From the NCBI GenBank assembly GCA_903919045.1, contig CAIXGU010000228.1, positions 239 to 64,238 on the forward strand: a DNA stretch of 64,000 bases, read 5' to 3'. Source of the stretch: an uncultured Eubacteriales bacterium (GTDB lineage: Bacteria > Bacillota > Clostridia > Saccharofermentanales > UBA5734). The notes under the pieces are model-generated. The model was given only the letters and a program-made list of their open reading frames with translations, did not search any database and was not told the origin of the DNA. The stretch's first letter is position 1. The number at the start of each line of letters is the position of its first letter. The translations under genes and the position numbers were made by a program. Positions 45,778 through 56,695 of this stretch are shown here, one piece after another.

Positions 45778-47030
45778 GGCGTGCGGATCTCCCAGGTCGA
45801 CGCGTAGGCGCGCTGGCGGTCGGTCGGCGCGTCGATCGCGGCGCCGCGCGAGGCGAGGAGCCGCTCCGCCACGAGGTCGTCGAACTCCGGCGGCACGTCG
45901 TGCACGCGGACCTCCATCGAACGGCCCTCCTTCGCCATCTTCCGGGCGCACAGCGCCTGCAGGGCGAAGCTCATGTCCATGATCTCGACCGGGTGCCCGT
46001 CTCCCGCCGCGAGGTTCACGAGGCGACCCTCGCCGAGCAGGTGCAGCGTCCGCCCGTCCTTCATGCGGTAGGAGCGGACATTCGGCCGCAGGACGTCGAA
46101 CCCGTCGGCCAGCGCGGCGAGCGCGGGCAGGTCGATCTCGACGTCGAAGTGGCCCGCGTTGCAGAGGAGCGCGCCGTCCTTCAGGACCTCCAGATGCTCC
46201 CTGCGGATGATGTCCCGGACGCCGGTCACGGTGACGAAGACGTCGCCGACGCCCGCCGCGTCCTTCATCGGCAGCACGCGGCAGCCGTCCATGAGCGCCT
46301 CGGCGGCGCGGACCGGGTCGACCTCGCAGACGACGACGTCGGCGCCGAGGCCCTTCGCGCGGGTCGCGACGCCCTTCCCGCACATGCCGTAGCCGGCCAC
46401 CACGACCGTCTTGCCCGCGACGAGCAGGTTCGTGGACGCGAGAATCGCCGTCCATGCGGATTGGCCGGTCCCGTACCGGTTGTCGAAGAGGTGCTTGCAC
46501 CGCGCGTCGTTCACCGCGATCACGGGATAGCGCAGGCGCCCTTCCTTCTCGAGGATGCGCAGGCGGTGGACGCCCGTCGTGGTCTCCTCGCAGCCGCCGA
46601 TCAGGTCCCCGGCGAGGTCGCGCCGCTCCCCGTGCAGCAGGTAGGCGAAGTCGCCTCCGTCATCGATCGCGACGTGCGGCTGGAACGCGAGCGCCGCCTC
46701 GAGGTGCGCGCGGTACTCGTCCGGCGTCGCCCCGTGCCAGCAGAAGACCTCCATCCCGGTCTCGGCGAGCGCCGCGGCGATATCGTCCTGCGTCGACAGC
46801 GGGTTGCAGCCGGTCAGCGCGACGCGCGCGCCGCCCGCCCGAAGGGTCTCGGCCAGGCAGGCCGTCTTGGCCTCGACATGGACGCTCACGGCCACGCGCA
46901 GTCCCTCGAAGGGGCGCTCGGCCTCGAATTCGCGGCGGATGCCCCCCAGGATCGGCATGTTGGCCTTCGCCCATTCGATCTTCCGACGGCCCTGCGGGGC
47001 GAGCGAAGGTTCGCGCACGAGCGACGCCAT
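45774..47030 (-). CDS. ahcY: Adenosylhomocysteinase-family hydrolase (short, about 418-aa form)
   Basis: Motifs are EETTTGVHRL, the NAD-binding loop VVVAGYGMCGKG, and NAGHFDVEID. Confidence 0.9.
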   Translation of the reverse strand: MASLVREPSLAPQGRRKIEWAKANMPILGGIRREFEAERPFEGLRVAVSVHVEAKTACLAETLRAGGARVALTGCNPLSTQDDIAAALAETGMEVFCWHGATPDEYRAHLEAALAFQPHVAIDDGGDFAYLLHGERRDLAGDLIGGCEETTTGVHRLRILEKEGRLRYPVIAVNDARCKHLFDNRYGTGQSAWTAILASTNLLVAGKTVVVAGYGMCGKGVATRAKGLGADVVVCEVDPVRAAEALMDGCRVLPMKDAAGVGDVFVTVTGVRDIIRREHLEVLKDGALLCNAGHFDVEIDLPALAALADGFDVLRPNVRSYRMKDGRTLHLLGEGRLVNLAAGDGHPVEIMDMSFALQALCARKMAKEGRSMEVRVHDVPPEFDDLVAERLLASRGAAIDAPTDRQRAYASTWEIRTP

Positions 47031-47031
47031 G

Positions 47032-47874
47032 TCAGGCTCCTCCCATCCGGCCGATGACGGCCGTGAGCATGCGGATCATCCCGTCCGCGGCGAGGCGCCC
47101 GACCTCGAGGACCTCCTCGTGGTCCAGCGGCTTCGACGACAGGCCCGCGGCGAGGTTCGTGATGCACGAGACGCCGAGCACCCGCATCCCGCCGTGGCGC
47201 GCCGCGATCGCCTCGGGGACCGTCGACATGCCCGCCGCGGAGGCGCCGAGCGCCTGCAGCAGGCGGATCTCGGCCGGCGTCTCGAACTGGGGGCCCTTGC
47301 AGTAGGCGTAGATGCCGCGGTGGACCGGCAGGTCCAGCGACTGCCCGACGGCGTAGGCGAGGTCCGCGAGGTTCTTGTCGTAGGCGCGCGTCACGTCGAG
47401 GAACCGCGGCCCGAATTCGTCGAGGTTCGCGCCCCGGAGCGGGGAATCGGCGAACAGCCCGATGTGGTCGTCGATCACCATGAGGCATCCCGGGGCCATC
47501 CCGGGGCCCATCCCGCCGGCGGCGTTCGTGAGGACCAGCGTGCGGACGCCGATCGACGACAGGACGCGCACGGGCAGCACGACATCGTGGATGTCATGCC
47601 CTTCGTAATGGTGGAAGCGCCCCTGCATCGCGACGACGGGGCGGCCGGCGAGGCGGCCGAAGACGAAGCGGCCCTCGTGGCCCGGGACCGTGGCCTTCGG
47701 GAAGCCGGGGATCCGGTCATACGGAAGGACGGACGGTTCCCCGATCGCATCGGCGAGCGGCCCGAGGCCCGACCCGAGGACGATCGCCGCCTCCGGGACG
47801 ACGGGACTCGCCGCCCGCAGCGCGTCGGCGGCGAGGCGGATGCGTTCGCGATAGGCGGCGGCGTCGAAATCCAT
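47032..47874 (-). CDS. punA: Purine nucleoside phosphorylase (trimeric PNP/MTAP family)
   Basis: 280 aa with IVLGSGLG, GRFHHYEG, NAAGG and GMSTVPEA. Confidence 0.88.
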   Translation of the reverse strand: MDFDAAAYRERIRLAADALRAASPVVPEAAIVLGSGLGPLADAIGEPSVLPYDRIPGFPKATVPGHEGRFVFGRLAGRPVVAMQGRFHHYEGHDIHDVVLPVRVLSSIGVRTLVLTNAAGGMGPGMAPGCLMVIDDHIGLFADSPLRGANLDEFGPRFLDVTRAYDKNLADLAYAVGQSLDLPVHRGIYAYCKGPQFETPAEIRLLQALGASAAGMSTVPEAIAARHGGMRVLGVSCITNLAAGLSSKPLDHEEVLEVGRLAADGMIRMLTAVIGRMGGA

Positions 47875-47925
47875 GGCGTTCCTCCCCGGTTCCCTTCCCG
47901 TTTCCCTGCGGCCGGCCTGCGCCGG

Positions 47926-50760
<2,835 letters not shown>

Positions 50761-50815
50761 GGAAGTCCGTTTCCTTTCGTCGCCGCCTGCGGTTCCGGCA
50801 GGGCGGCCATGCGCC

Positions 50816-51106
50816 CTAGGCGGGCTCGATGCGGTCCAGGACGGTCTCGTAGCCGTCCGCCCCGTAGGCGAGCGCGCGGTTGACGCGGCTGATCGTCGCG
50901 GTGCTGACGCCGGTTTCCTCGACGATCTCCGCATAGGTCCGCCCCTTCCGGAGGAGCGAGGCCACGGCGAGGCGCTGCGCGAGGGACTTGATCTCGGCGA
51001 CCGTGCAGAGGTCCTCGAAGAACGCATAGCAGTCGTCGCGCGTCCGCAGGCTCAGCATCGCCTCGAACAGGCGGTCCGTCGCGGCGTCCCGGAGCTTCTC
51101 GTTCAT
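50816..51106 (-). CDS. TrpR-like YerC/YecD-family DNA-binding protein
   Basis: 96 aa with [18 protein letters not shown]...[22 protein letters not shown]. Confidence 0.82.
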   Translation of the reverse strand: MNEKLRDAATDRLFEAMLSLRTRDDCYAFFEDLCTVAEIKSLAQRLAVASLLRKGRTYAEIVEETGVSTATISRVNRALAYGADGYETVLDRIEPA

Positions 51107-51119
51107 GGAGCCACCTCCT

Positions 51120-52331
51120 CTAAGGGGAGACGGGATCCCGGTGATCGAAGGCGAAGGTCCGGCCCCAGATGAAGTTCTGGATCTCGGGGATCGCCTTGTC
51201 GAAGTCGACGACGAAGCACCAGACGGGCGACTCGACGACGGTATAGCTCCCCCACTTGGGGATCGAGTAGCCCTGGATGCCCGACGACGAGGCGTCCTTG
51301 GTCAGCTCGTTCGAGGCGAAGGTCATCAGCGAATACGCGTCCGACAGCTTCAGGTTGGTCTCGATCATGTCGAAGCCCGTGTTGAGCATTCCGATCTTCT
51401 CGATCAGGTTGATGTCGAAGAACTTCTTCATGAGGCCGCGGATCACGATCTTCTGCCGCTCCACGCGCCCGAAGTCCATCGCGTACGTCTTGCCGTTCGA
51501 CACCAGGTCCACTTTCCGGATGCGGGCGTAGGCGAGGACCTGCCGGCCGTCCAGATGCTGCAGTCCGGACTGCGTGAGCTGCGCCGACGGCTCGGTCCCG
51601 GCGAAGATCACGTTGTTCTCCTCCCGGACGCTCTGGTTCAGGTTCGCGATCTCCTCCGGATTGATCGTGAGATCGAGGCCGCCCGCCTGGTCGACCACGT
51701 CGACGGCGCTCTTGAAGTCGATCAGGACGTACTTCTGGATGTCGAGGTCGAAGGTCCGGTTGATCGTGTTGACCACGAGGCCGGGGCCGCCATAGGCATA
51801 GGAGGCGTTGATCTTCCCCTTCACGGTCTTGCCGCCGTTCTCGATGTCCACGTAGATGTCGCGCAGAAGCGAGAGCAGCTTCATCGTGCCGTTCTTCCGA
51901 TCGACCGAGACGATCATCATCGTGTCGCTGTTCCCGTTGATCGACTCCGTGTTGCGCCGGTCGACGCCGATCAGGAGGATATTCTCGACGTCCGGGTCCT
52001 TCGGCTCGACGAAGACGATCGGCGTGCGCAGGTCGCGCTCGAGGCCGCTCTTGTCGGCCAGGGTGGGCGTGGCGTCGGGGGTGTTCTCCCCGGGCGTCGC
52101 ATCGACGGTCGGGGTCGGGGTCGTCTTCACGATCGGGACCTGGTTCCGGCCCATCCGCAGATAGCCGCCGAAGAGGAATCCGCCGATCGCGACGACGGCC
52201 GCGACGGCCAATACCGCCACGGTCCTCAGCACGGCGGCGAGCGCCCGCCTGCGCGGGCTTCCGCCGCGGTACGGCGCGAAGCCGGAGCGGGTCTCGAGGG
52301 TCGGGATCCGGGTGCCGACGGTCTTCTTCAC
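51120..52331 (-). CDS. LytR-CpsA-Psr (LCP) family cell-envelope phosphotransferase
   Basis: I propose a GTG start at 52329-52331, since no ATG lies downstream of the previous gene's stop at 52375. It has one TM, a Pro/Thr-rich linker, and an LCP core: NILLIGVDRR...SDTMMIVSVD...LLSLLRD...INASYAYGG. Confidence 0.85.
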   Translation of the reverse strand: MKKTVGTRIPTLETRSGFAPYRGGSPRRRALAAVLRTVAVLAVAAVVAIGGFLFGGYLRMGRNQVPIVKTTPTPTVDATPGENTPDATPTLADKSGLERDLRTPIVFVEPKDPDVENILLIGVDRRNTESINGNSDTMMIVSVDRKNGTMKLLSLLRDIYVDIENGGKTVKGKINASYAYGGPGLVVNTINRTFDLDIQKYVLIDFKSAVDVVDQAGGLDLTINPEEIANLNQSVREENNVIFAGTEPSAQLTQSGLQHLDGRQVLAYARIRKVDLVSNGKTYAMDFGRVERQKIVIRGLMKKFFDINLIEKIGMLNTGFDMIETNLKLSDAYSLMTFASNELTKDASSSGIQGYSIPKWGSYTVVESPVWCFVVDFDKAIPEIQNFIWGRTFAFDHRDPVSP

Positions 52332-52374
52332 GGGCGGTCCGTCCTTTCGTGGTGCGGGTCGTGAGGCGCCGGCA

Positions 52375-53694
52375 TCAGGACGCGGAGGCCTCCGTATTCG
52401 GTGTCGGTTCGGTCGCGGTCGGAGCCGACGTGGGCTCGGGCGACGGGTCGGACGTCGGCTCGGCGGTCGGGGTCGCCTCGGGGACATCGGTCGGCGCGGG
52501 TTCCTCGGTCGGAGGGACCGCGCCTCCCCAGAGGAATTCGTGCAGCGCCGCGCGCGTGGCCGTCAGGTCCGTGAGCACCAGGTCGTAGGTGGCGAGATCG
52601 GTCTTGTAGTCCGCCTGGGACCAGGGGATCCGGTACTCCTTGATCGGCGACTGCGCGGCGGCGAAGGTGGAGAGGGCGATGCCGAGCATCTCCTCGGTGG
52701 TCAGGTTGGTGTTCACGGCTTCGAAGCCCGTGCGGAGCGCCGCGTCCTTCTGGGAGAGCGACGCCTTCCAGAAGGCGGCGAGGAGGGCCTTCGCCACGGT
52801 GCGCTGGCGGCCCGTCCGGTAGAAGTCGCTGTCCGCCTTGCGGATCCGGCCGTACGCCACGGCCTGTCGCCCGTTCAGCAGCTGGGTCCCCGTCGTGGCG
52901 AGGAGCGGCGATTGCGGACTGATCTTCGCGAACAGCCGGTTCGTCTCGTTGATGTTGAGATTCAGCCAGGAGAGTTCCTTCGCGGTGACGTTCACGGTCA
53001 CGCCGCCGGCCATCTGGATCACGTCCTCGGCGCTCCACATGTCGATCATGACGAACTTCTGGATGTCGAGGTCGAAGGTCCGGTTGATCGTGTTGATCAG
53101 CAGGCCCACTCCCCCATACACGTATGCGGCGTTGAGCTTGGCGGGCAGGCTGCGGCCCTCGATGTCGACCCGGGTGTCGCGCAGGAGGGAGGTCAGCTTG
53201 ATCGTCCTCCGGACCTGGTCGACCGTCGCGATCATCATGGTGTCCGTCCGCGCCTGCAGCGTGGCGGCGGACCGGGCGTCGGTCCCGTAGACGAGGATGT
53301 TGAGGACCTTCTCGTCCCTCTGGGCGACCTTGCGGATCGGAATCGATGGGACGACGTAGACCCGGCAGCGCGACGCGGTGCCCCAGCGGCGGACGACGGC
53401 CGGCGCGGGCGTGGTCCCGGGAGTGACCGACAGGTCGGGTTCGTCGGGGGGCGCTTCGGTGGCTTCGGGGGATTCGGTCGGAGGGTCCGAGATGTCGTCC
53501 AGGGAGCCGGGCGGCACCGTGACCTCATCCTCCACGTCGACGTCGGTGTAGCCCGCCGAGCCGAGGAGGTCGAAGACGTAATAGGCGGAGACGGACGCGC
53601 CGACCACGAGGGTCGCGGCGACCGCGACGATCGCGATGCGCAGGCCCTTGCGGAGCCGACGCGGCCTGGACGGCTTCCGTCTCGTCGTCTTCAT
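52375..53694 (-). CDS. LytR-CpsA-Psr (LCP) family protein (tandem paralog) with a Pro/Thr/Glu-rich C-terminal tail
   Basis: 439 aa with one TM (IAIVAVAATLVVGASVSAYYV). The LCP core is NILVYGTDAR...TDTMMIATVD...LTSLLRD...LNAAYVYGG. Confidence 0.88.
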   Translation of the reverse strand: MKTTRRKPSRPRRLRKGLRIAIVAVAATLVVGASVSAYYVFDLLGSAGYTDVDVEDEVTVPPGSLDDISDPPTESPEATEAPPDEPDLSVTPGTTPAPAVVRRWGTASRCRVYVVPSIPIRKVAQRDEKVLNILVYGTDARSAATLQARTDTMMIATVDQVRRTIKLTSLLRDTRVDIEGRSLPAKLNAAYVYGGVGLLINTINRTFDLDIQKFVMIDMWSAEDVIQMAGGVTVNVTAKELSWLNLNINETNRLFAKISPQSPLLATTGTQLLNGRQAVAYGRIRKADSDFYRTGRQRTVAKALLAAFWKASLSQKDAALRTGFEAVNTNLTTEEMLGIALSTFAAAQSPIKEYRIPWSQADYKTDLATYDLVLTDLTATRAALHEFLWGGAVPPTEEPAPTDVPEATPTAEPTSDPSPEPTSAPTATEPTPNTEASAS

Positions 53695-53703
53695 ATCGGA
53701 AGA

Positions 53704-53732
53704 ATTCTACTCCAAGCGTCATTCCGCCGCAA
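53704..53732 (-). promoter_or_regulatory. Candidate promoter for the LCP pair (TTGCGG, 17 nt, TAGAAT), 9 nt before the ATG
   Basis: The reverse complement of 53727-53732 is TTGCGG and that of 53704-53709 is TAGAAT. No SD lies between the -10 and the ATG at 53694. Confidence 0.4.
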
Positions 53733-54795
53733 CCGGAGGGGGGCGCTCCTGATACCGGACGACCTCGAGGCGGAGTCCGAGCGCCTCGGCTTCGGCCTGC
53801 GCCGAAGCGAGCGCCGGACCGAACCTCGCCTCGTCCGCATTCGACGGCACCACCAGCAGGAAACGGCGCTCGACGATCGCGCCGGGGGGGATGTCGATCC
53901 CGTCCGCGCCCCAGGGAGCGGGCGTCCCGTCGAACGCGGCGAGCGCACGGAGCCGGGAACGGATCTCGTCTTCGGCTCCGGCGGCATCCCGCCAGCCGTA
54001 GGGAGAAAGGTCCATGCTGTGGATCAGGGTCGCCCGGCCCTCCCGGTAGGCGGCGATGCAGGGGTAGCCGAGCGGCAGGTTGGCGCCGAAGCGGATCCGC
54101 AGCGCCCGGCCGCGGGCGAGATTGCCGAGGGTCCAGACGTTCCGCGTCTCCCGCTCGTCGAGGGTGCCGTCGCCGGATATCCAGAGCGGAACGGAGAGGG
54201 CCGCGCGGCGCGGCAGGACGCCGAACGGCGTCGCGAAGCCGTACCGTACCGTGACCCGGAGGCGGTCCTCGGCCAGGCGCATCTCGCAGGCGACGTCCCA
54301 CCGGCCGGGGCCATTGCCGTCGATGAGCCTTCCGGCGGCGGCGCCCGCGTCCGGGAGTCGTTCGAAGGCGCCGTCGAGGAGTCGCCGGACCGCAAGGCCG
54401 TCGAGGATCCCGAGGATTCCCTCCGCGGCGCCGTCGGCCGCCGCGCCGGACACGGCATCGGACGACTCCGAGAGCCACTCCCGCACGTCCAGCGGGACGT
54501 CCTGCGGCAGCAGGGCCGCGAGCCGGGTCGCCAGCGCGTCCGATGCCTGTCCGGTCAGCCGGTCGGCTCCCGCCAGGTCCGCGGCGACGGACAGGAGGGA
54601 GAGGATCCGGCCGGTCCGCTCGAGGGCCTGCTCCACGCGCATCCCCGCCGAGACGGCGAGCAGCGCGAAGGCGGCCGCCGCCGCGAGCGCGAGGAAGCCC
54701 GATGTCGCGAGCGCCGCCTCGATCGCCACGCCGCCCTTCCGGGTCGGCGTCCTGCGCGGGCGCTCCCCCCTGCCGGCGTGCGCTTCAGCCGTCAC
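53719..54795 (-). CDS. TadE-like N-terminal (pseudopilin-type) membrane protein with an unknown C-terminal domain
   Basis: 358 aa with a GTG start overlapping the upstream gene by 11 nt. The N-terminus is RKGGVAIEAALATSGFLALAAAAAFALLAV (G-x4-E followed by a hydrophobic helix). The rest has no family I recognise. Strong GC3 bias supports coding. Confidence 0.6.
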   Translation of the reverse strand: MTAEAHAGRGERPRRTPTRKGGVAIEAALATSGFLALAAAAAFALLAVSAGMRVEQALERTGRILSLLSVAADLAGADRLTGQASDALATRLAALLPQDVPLDVREWLSESSDAVSGAAADGAAEGILGILDGLAVRRLLDGAFERLPDAGAAAGRLIDGNGPGRWDVACEMRLAEDRLRVTVRYGFATPFGVLPRRAALSVPLWISGDGTLDERETRNVWTLGNLARGRALRIRFGANLPLGYPCIAAYREGRATLIHSMDLSPYGWRDAAGAEDEIRSRLRALAAFDGTPAPWGADGIDIPPGAIVERRFLLVVPSNADEARFGPALASAQAEAEALGLRLEVVRYQERPPPVAAE

Positions 54796-56308
54796 GGCCG
54801 GTGCTCCAGGCGATCCGTCGACCCCGGAAGGACGTTCCGCAGTCGATCGCGGCCGCGAAGGACGAAAGCGCCGACAGGCCCTCCCCCCTCGTCTCGGAGG
54901 AACCGAGAAGCGCGGCGTTCGCGGCGATGCGCTCCGCGATGCGTGCGAGCTGGGTACGCTCCGGTACCGCCAGGAGGAGGACCGCGAGATGGTCGCCGTA
55001 GGTCGCCGTCATGTCCACGAGATCCGGCGCGAGAGCGCCGAGCGCCCCGGGCAGCGCGGGGACCGCTTCGCCTGCGACGAGGGCCGCGACGTCGGCCTGC
55101 GCGTCCGCGAAGGCCCAGACGGCCTGGAACGCCGAGGCGAGGAAGCCGCCCGGAATCGGGAGCGCACCCGAGGAAGCGGCGGCGAGCAGCGCGGACAGCG
55201 TCTCCCCGAGCAGCAGCGCCCGCTTCCGGCTCTCCTCGTCGACGCACTCCGAAAGAAGGCGCAGCCCGAAGCGCATCGCGAGGAGGCGACGCTCGACGGC
55301 GGCGCGGTTCGCCTCGTCGTCGCCCTTTCCCGCCGCGATTTCCTCGACTTCGAGGCGCAGGGCCGTCGACAGCCCGTCGAGCGCCCGGCCGCGGAGGTCG
55401 CGGAGCGGACGCGCCCCTCCCTCCTCCGCGACGGCTCCGACGCGGGAGCGGAACATCGTCAGGGCGTAGACGTGAACCGCCGCCCGGCCGAGCCATGCGT
55501 CCGCCGCGGCCCCGCCCCCCTCGTCCTCCGCCAGGAATGCGGCGATCCCATCGGGGTCGAGCGGGGACGGCAGCGACGGGACCTCGGGGTCGGAGGCGGT
55601 CTCCCGGTTGAGGGCGGCGACCGCCGCCACGCAGTCGCGCAGGCCCTGCGCGGCATCGGCGACGGTGTAGGGGTCTCCGCTCCCCACGGCCGGCCGTCCG
55701 ATCGCGCCGGGATCCACCGGCTCTCCGTCCGCCGCCTCCGTCGATCGCAGCCGCTCCAGCAGGAGCGCGCCCCAATCGTCGCCGGACGGCGCTTCTCCGC
55801 TTCCGCCCGCGTCGAACAGGGGATCGAACGAGACGGCGGAACCCGTCGCGCTCCAGCCGAGGGCCCGCTCCAGGAACAGCGCGAGGGCCAGCGCCGGCAT
55901 CCGCTCGAGGACGAAGGCTCGGATCGCGGGCACGAGGACCTCCGGGTCGGAGAGCGGGCGGCCCGCGTTCGCTTCGAACGGCGGTGAACCGGCGTCCAGC
56001 GGCGACGCGTCCTCGAAGTAGGCGCGCGCCCTCGTCCGCCAGTCGCGGCCGTCCGACGTCCGGAGGCCGGTGTCGACGGCCAGGATCCCGTAGCGCTGCC
56101 AGAGCGCGCCGCTGTATCCGGCCAGCGCGCCGTCCGCCGCCGCGCGGACCGCGCGGAGCAGCCCGGCCTCGACCGCGCGGATGCGCGCGCCCTGCACGAA
56201 GACGCCGAGGACGACGAGGCAGGCAGCCGTCAGGACGGCGAGCATCGTCGAGACGGCGCCGCGGCGCGACCCGAGCGGGGAACGCGTTCGACCGGCCGAC
56301 CGCGTCAC
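54785..56308 (-). CDS. TadG-like / Flp-pilus-assembly-type membrane protein (clostridial Tad-locus accessory protein type)
   Basis: 507 aa with a GTG start in a GTGA overlap with the upstream stop. The N-terminus is RRGAVSTMLAVLTAACLVVLGVFV...AVRAAADGALAGYS. Later motifs LEVEEIAAGKGDDEANRAAVERRLLAMRFGLRLL and YGDHLAVLLLAV recall Tad-locus proteins of Firmicutes (from memory). Confidence 0.6.
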   Translation of the reverse strand: MTRSAGRTRSPLGSRRGAVSTMLAVLTAACLVVLGVFVQGARIRAVEAGLLRAVRAAADGALAGYSGALWQRYGILAVDTGLRTSDGRDWRTRARAYFEDASPLDAGSPPFEANAGRPLSDPEVLVPAIRAFVLERMPALALALFLERALGWSATGSAVSFDPLFDAGGSGEAPSGDDWGALLLERLRSTEAADGEPVDPGAIGRPAVGSGDPYTVADAAQGLRDCVAAVAALNRETASDPEVPSLPSPLDPDGIAAFLAEDEGGGAAADAWLGRAAVHVYALTMFRSRVGAVAEEGGARPLRDLRGRALDGLSTALRLEVEEIAAGKGDDEANRAAVERRLLAMRFGLRLLSECVDEESRKRALLLGETLSALLAAASSGALPIPGGFLASAFQAVWAFADAQADVAALVAGEAVPALPGALGALAPDLVDMTATYGDHLAVLLLAVPERTQLARIAERIAANAALLGSSETRGEGLSALSSFAAAIDCGTSFRGRRIAWSTGRDG

Positions 56309-56574
56309 GTTCCGTCCTCCCGTCGTCCGCCGAGCGCGGAGAGGACGTCGCCCAAGCCGGGAACGGAGGCGCTCAGGAGCGAGGCGGTGTCCGCAATGGC
56401 GAGCGCCGTGCGCATCGGACCGTCGGGTCGCGGCGGCGATTCGCGGCGCGTCTCCTCGACGGAGGCGCGCGCAGTCGCGGCCGCATCGCCGTACAGCACC
56501 GGGAAGGCGAGCAGGACCGACAGGACGAGCAGCAGGACGAGGGGGACCGCGATCGCGGCTTCGAGCGACGTCAT
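56305..56574 (-). CDS. Small TadE-like protein
   Basis: 89 aa with AAGGAGGG 4 nt before the ATG. The N-terminus MTSLEAAIAVPLVLLLVLSVLLAF matches the TadE-like xxLE(A/F)A(I/L)xxP-hydrophobic pattern. Confidence 0.6.
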   Translation of the reverse strand: MTSLEAAIAVPLVLLLVLSVLLAFPVLYGDAAATARASVEETRRESPPRPDGPMRTALAIADTASLLSASVPGLGDVLSALGGRREDGT

Positions 56575-56695
56575 CGTTCCCTCCTTGCGTCCCGGAAGGC
56601 TCCGGGACGACGCATCCCTAGCCTACGCGGACGGAAGGAGCGCCGGGTGCGCCGCGATCCGACGGACCGCGACGTCCGGCGACGGAACCGGACGA

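Noticed and set aside
56575-56695. Small Flp-type pilin gene or promoter in the 120-nt gap upstream of the Tad-like trio
   Set aside because: The gap is too short for an ORF with an RBS. It contains only a GC hairpin (CGTCCCGGA..TCCGGGACG) abutting the AAGGAGGG of the 89-aa gene. No convincing -35/-10 pair is present, so the trio may be read through from the upstream EamA/ABC genes.
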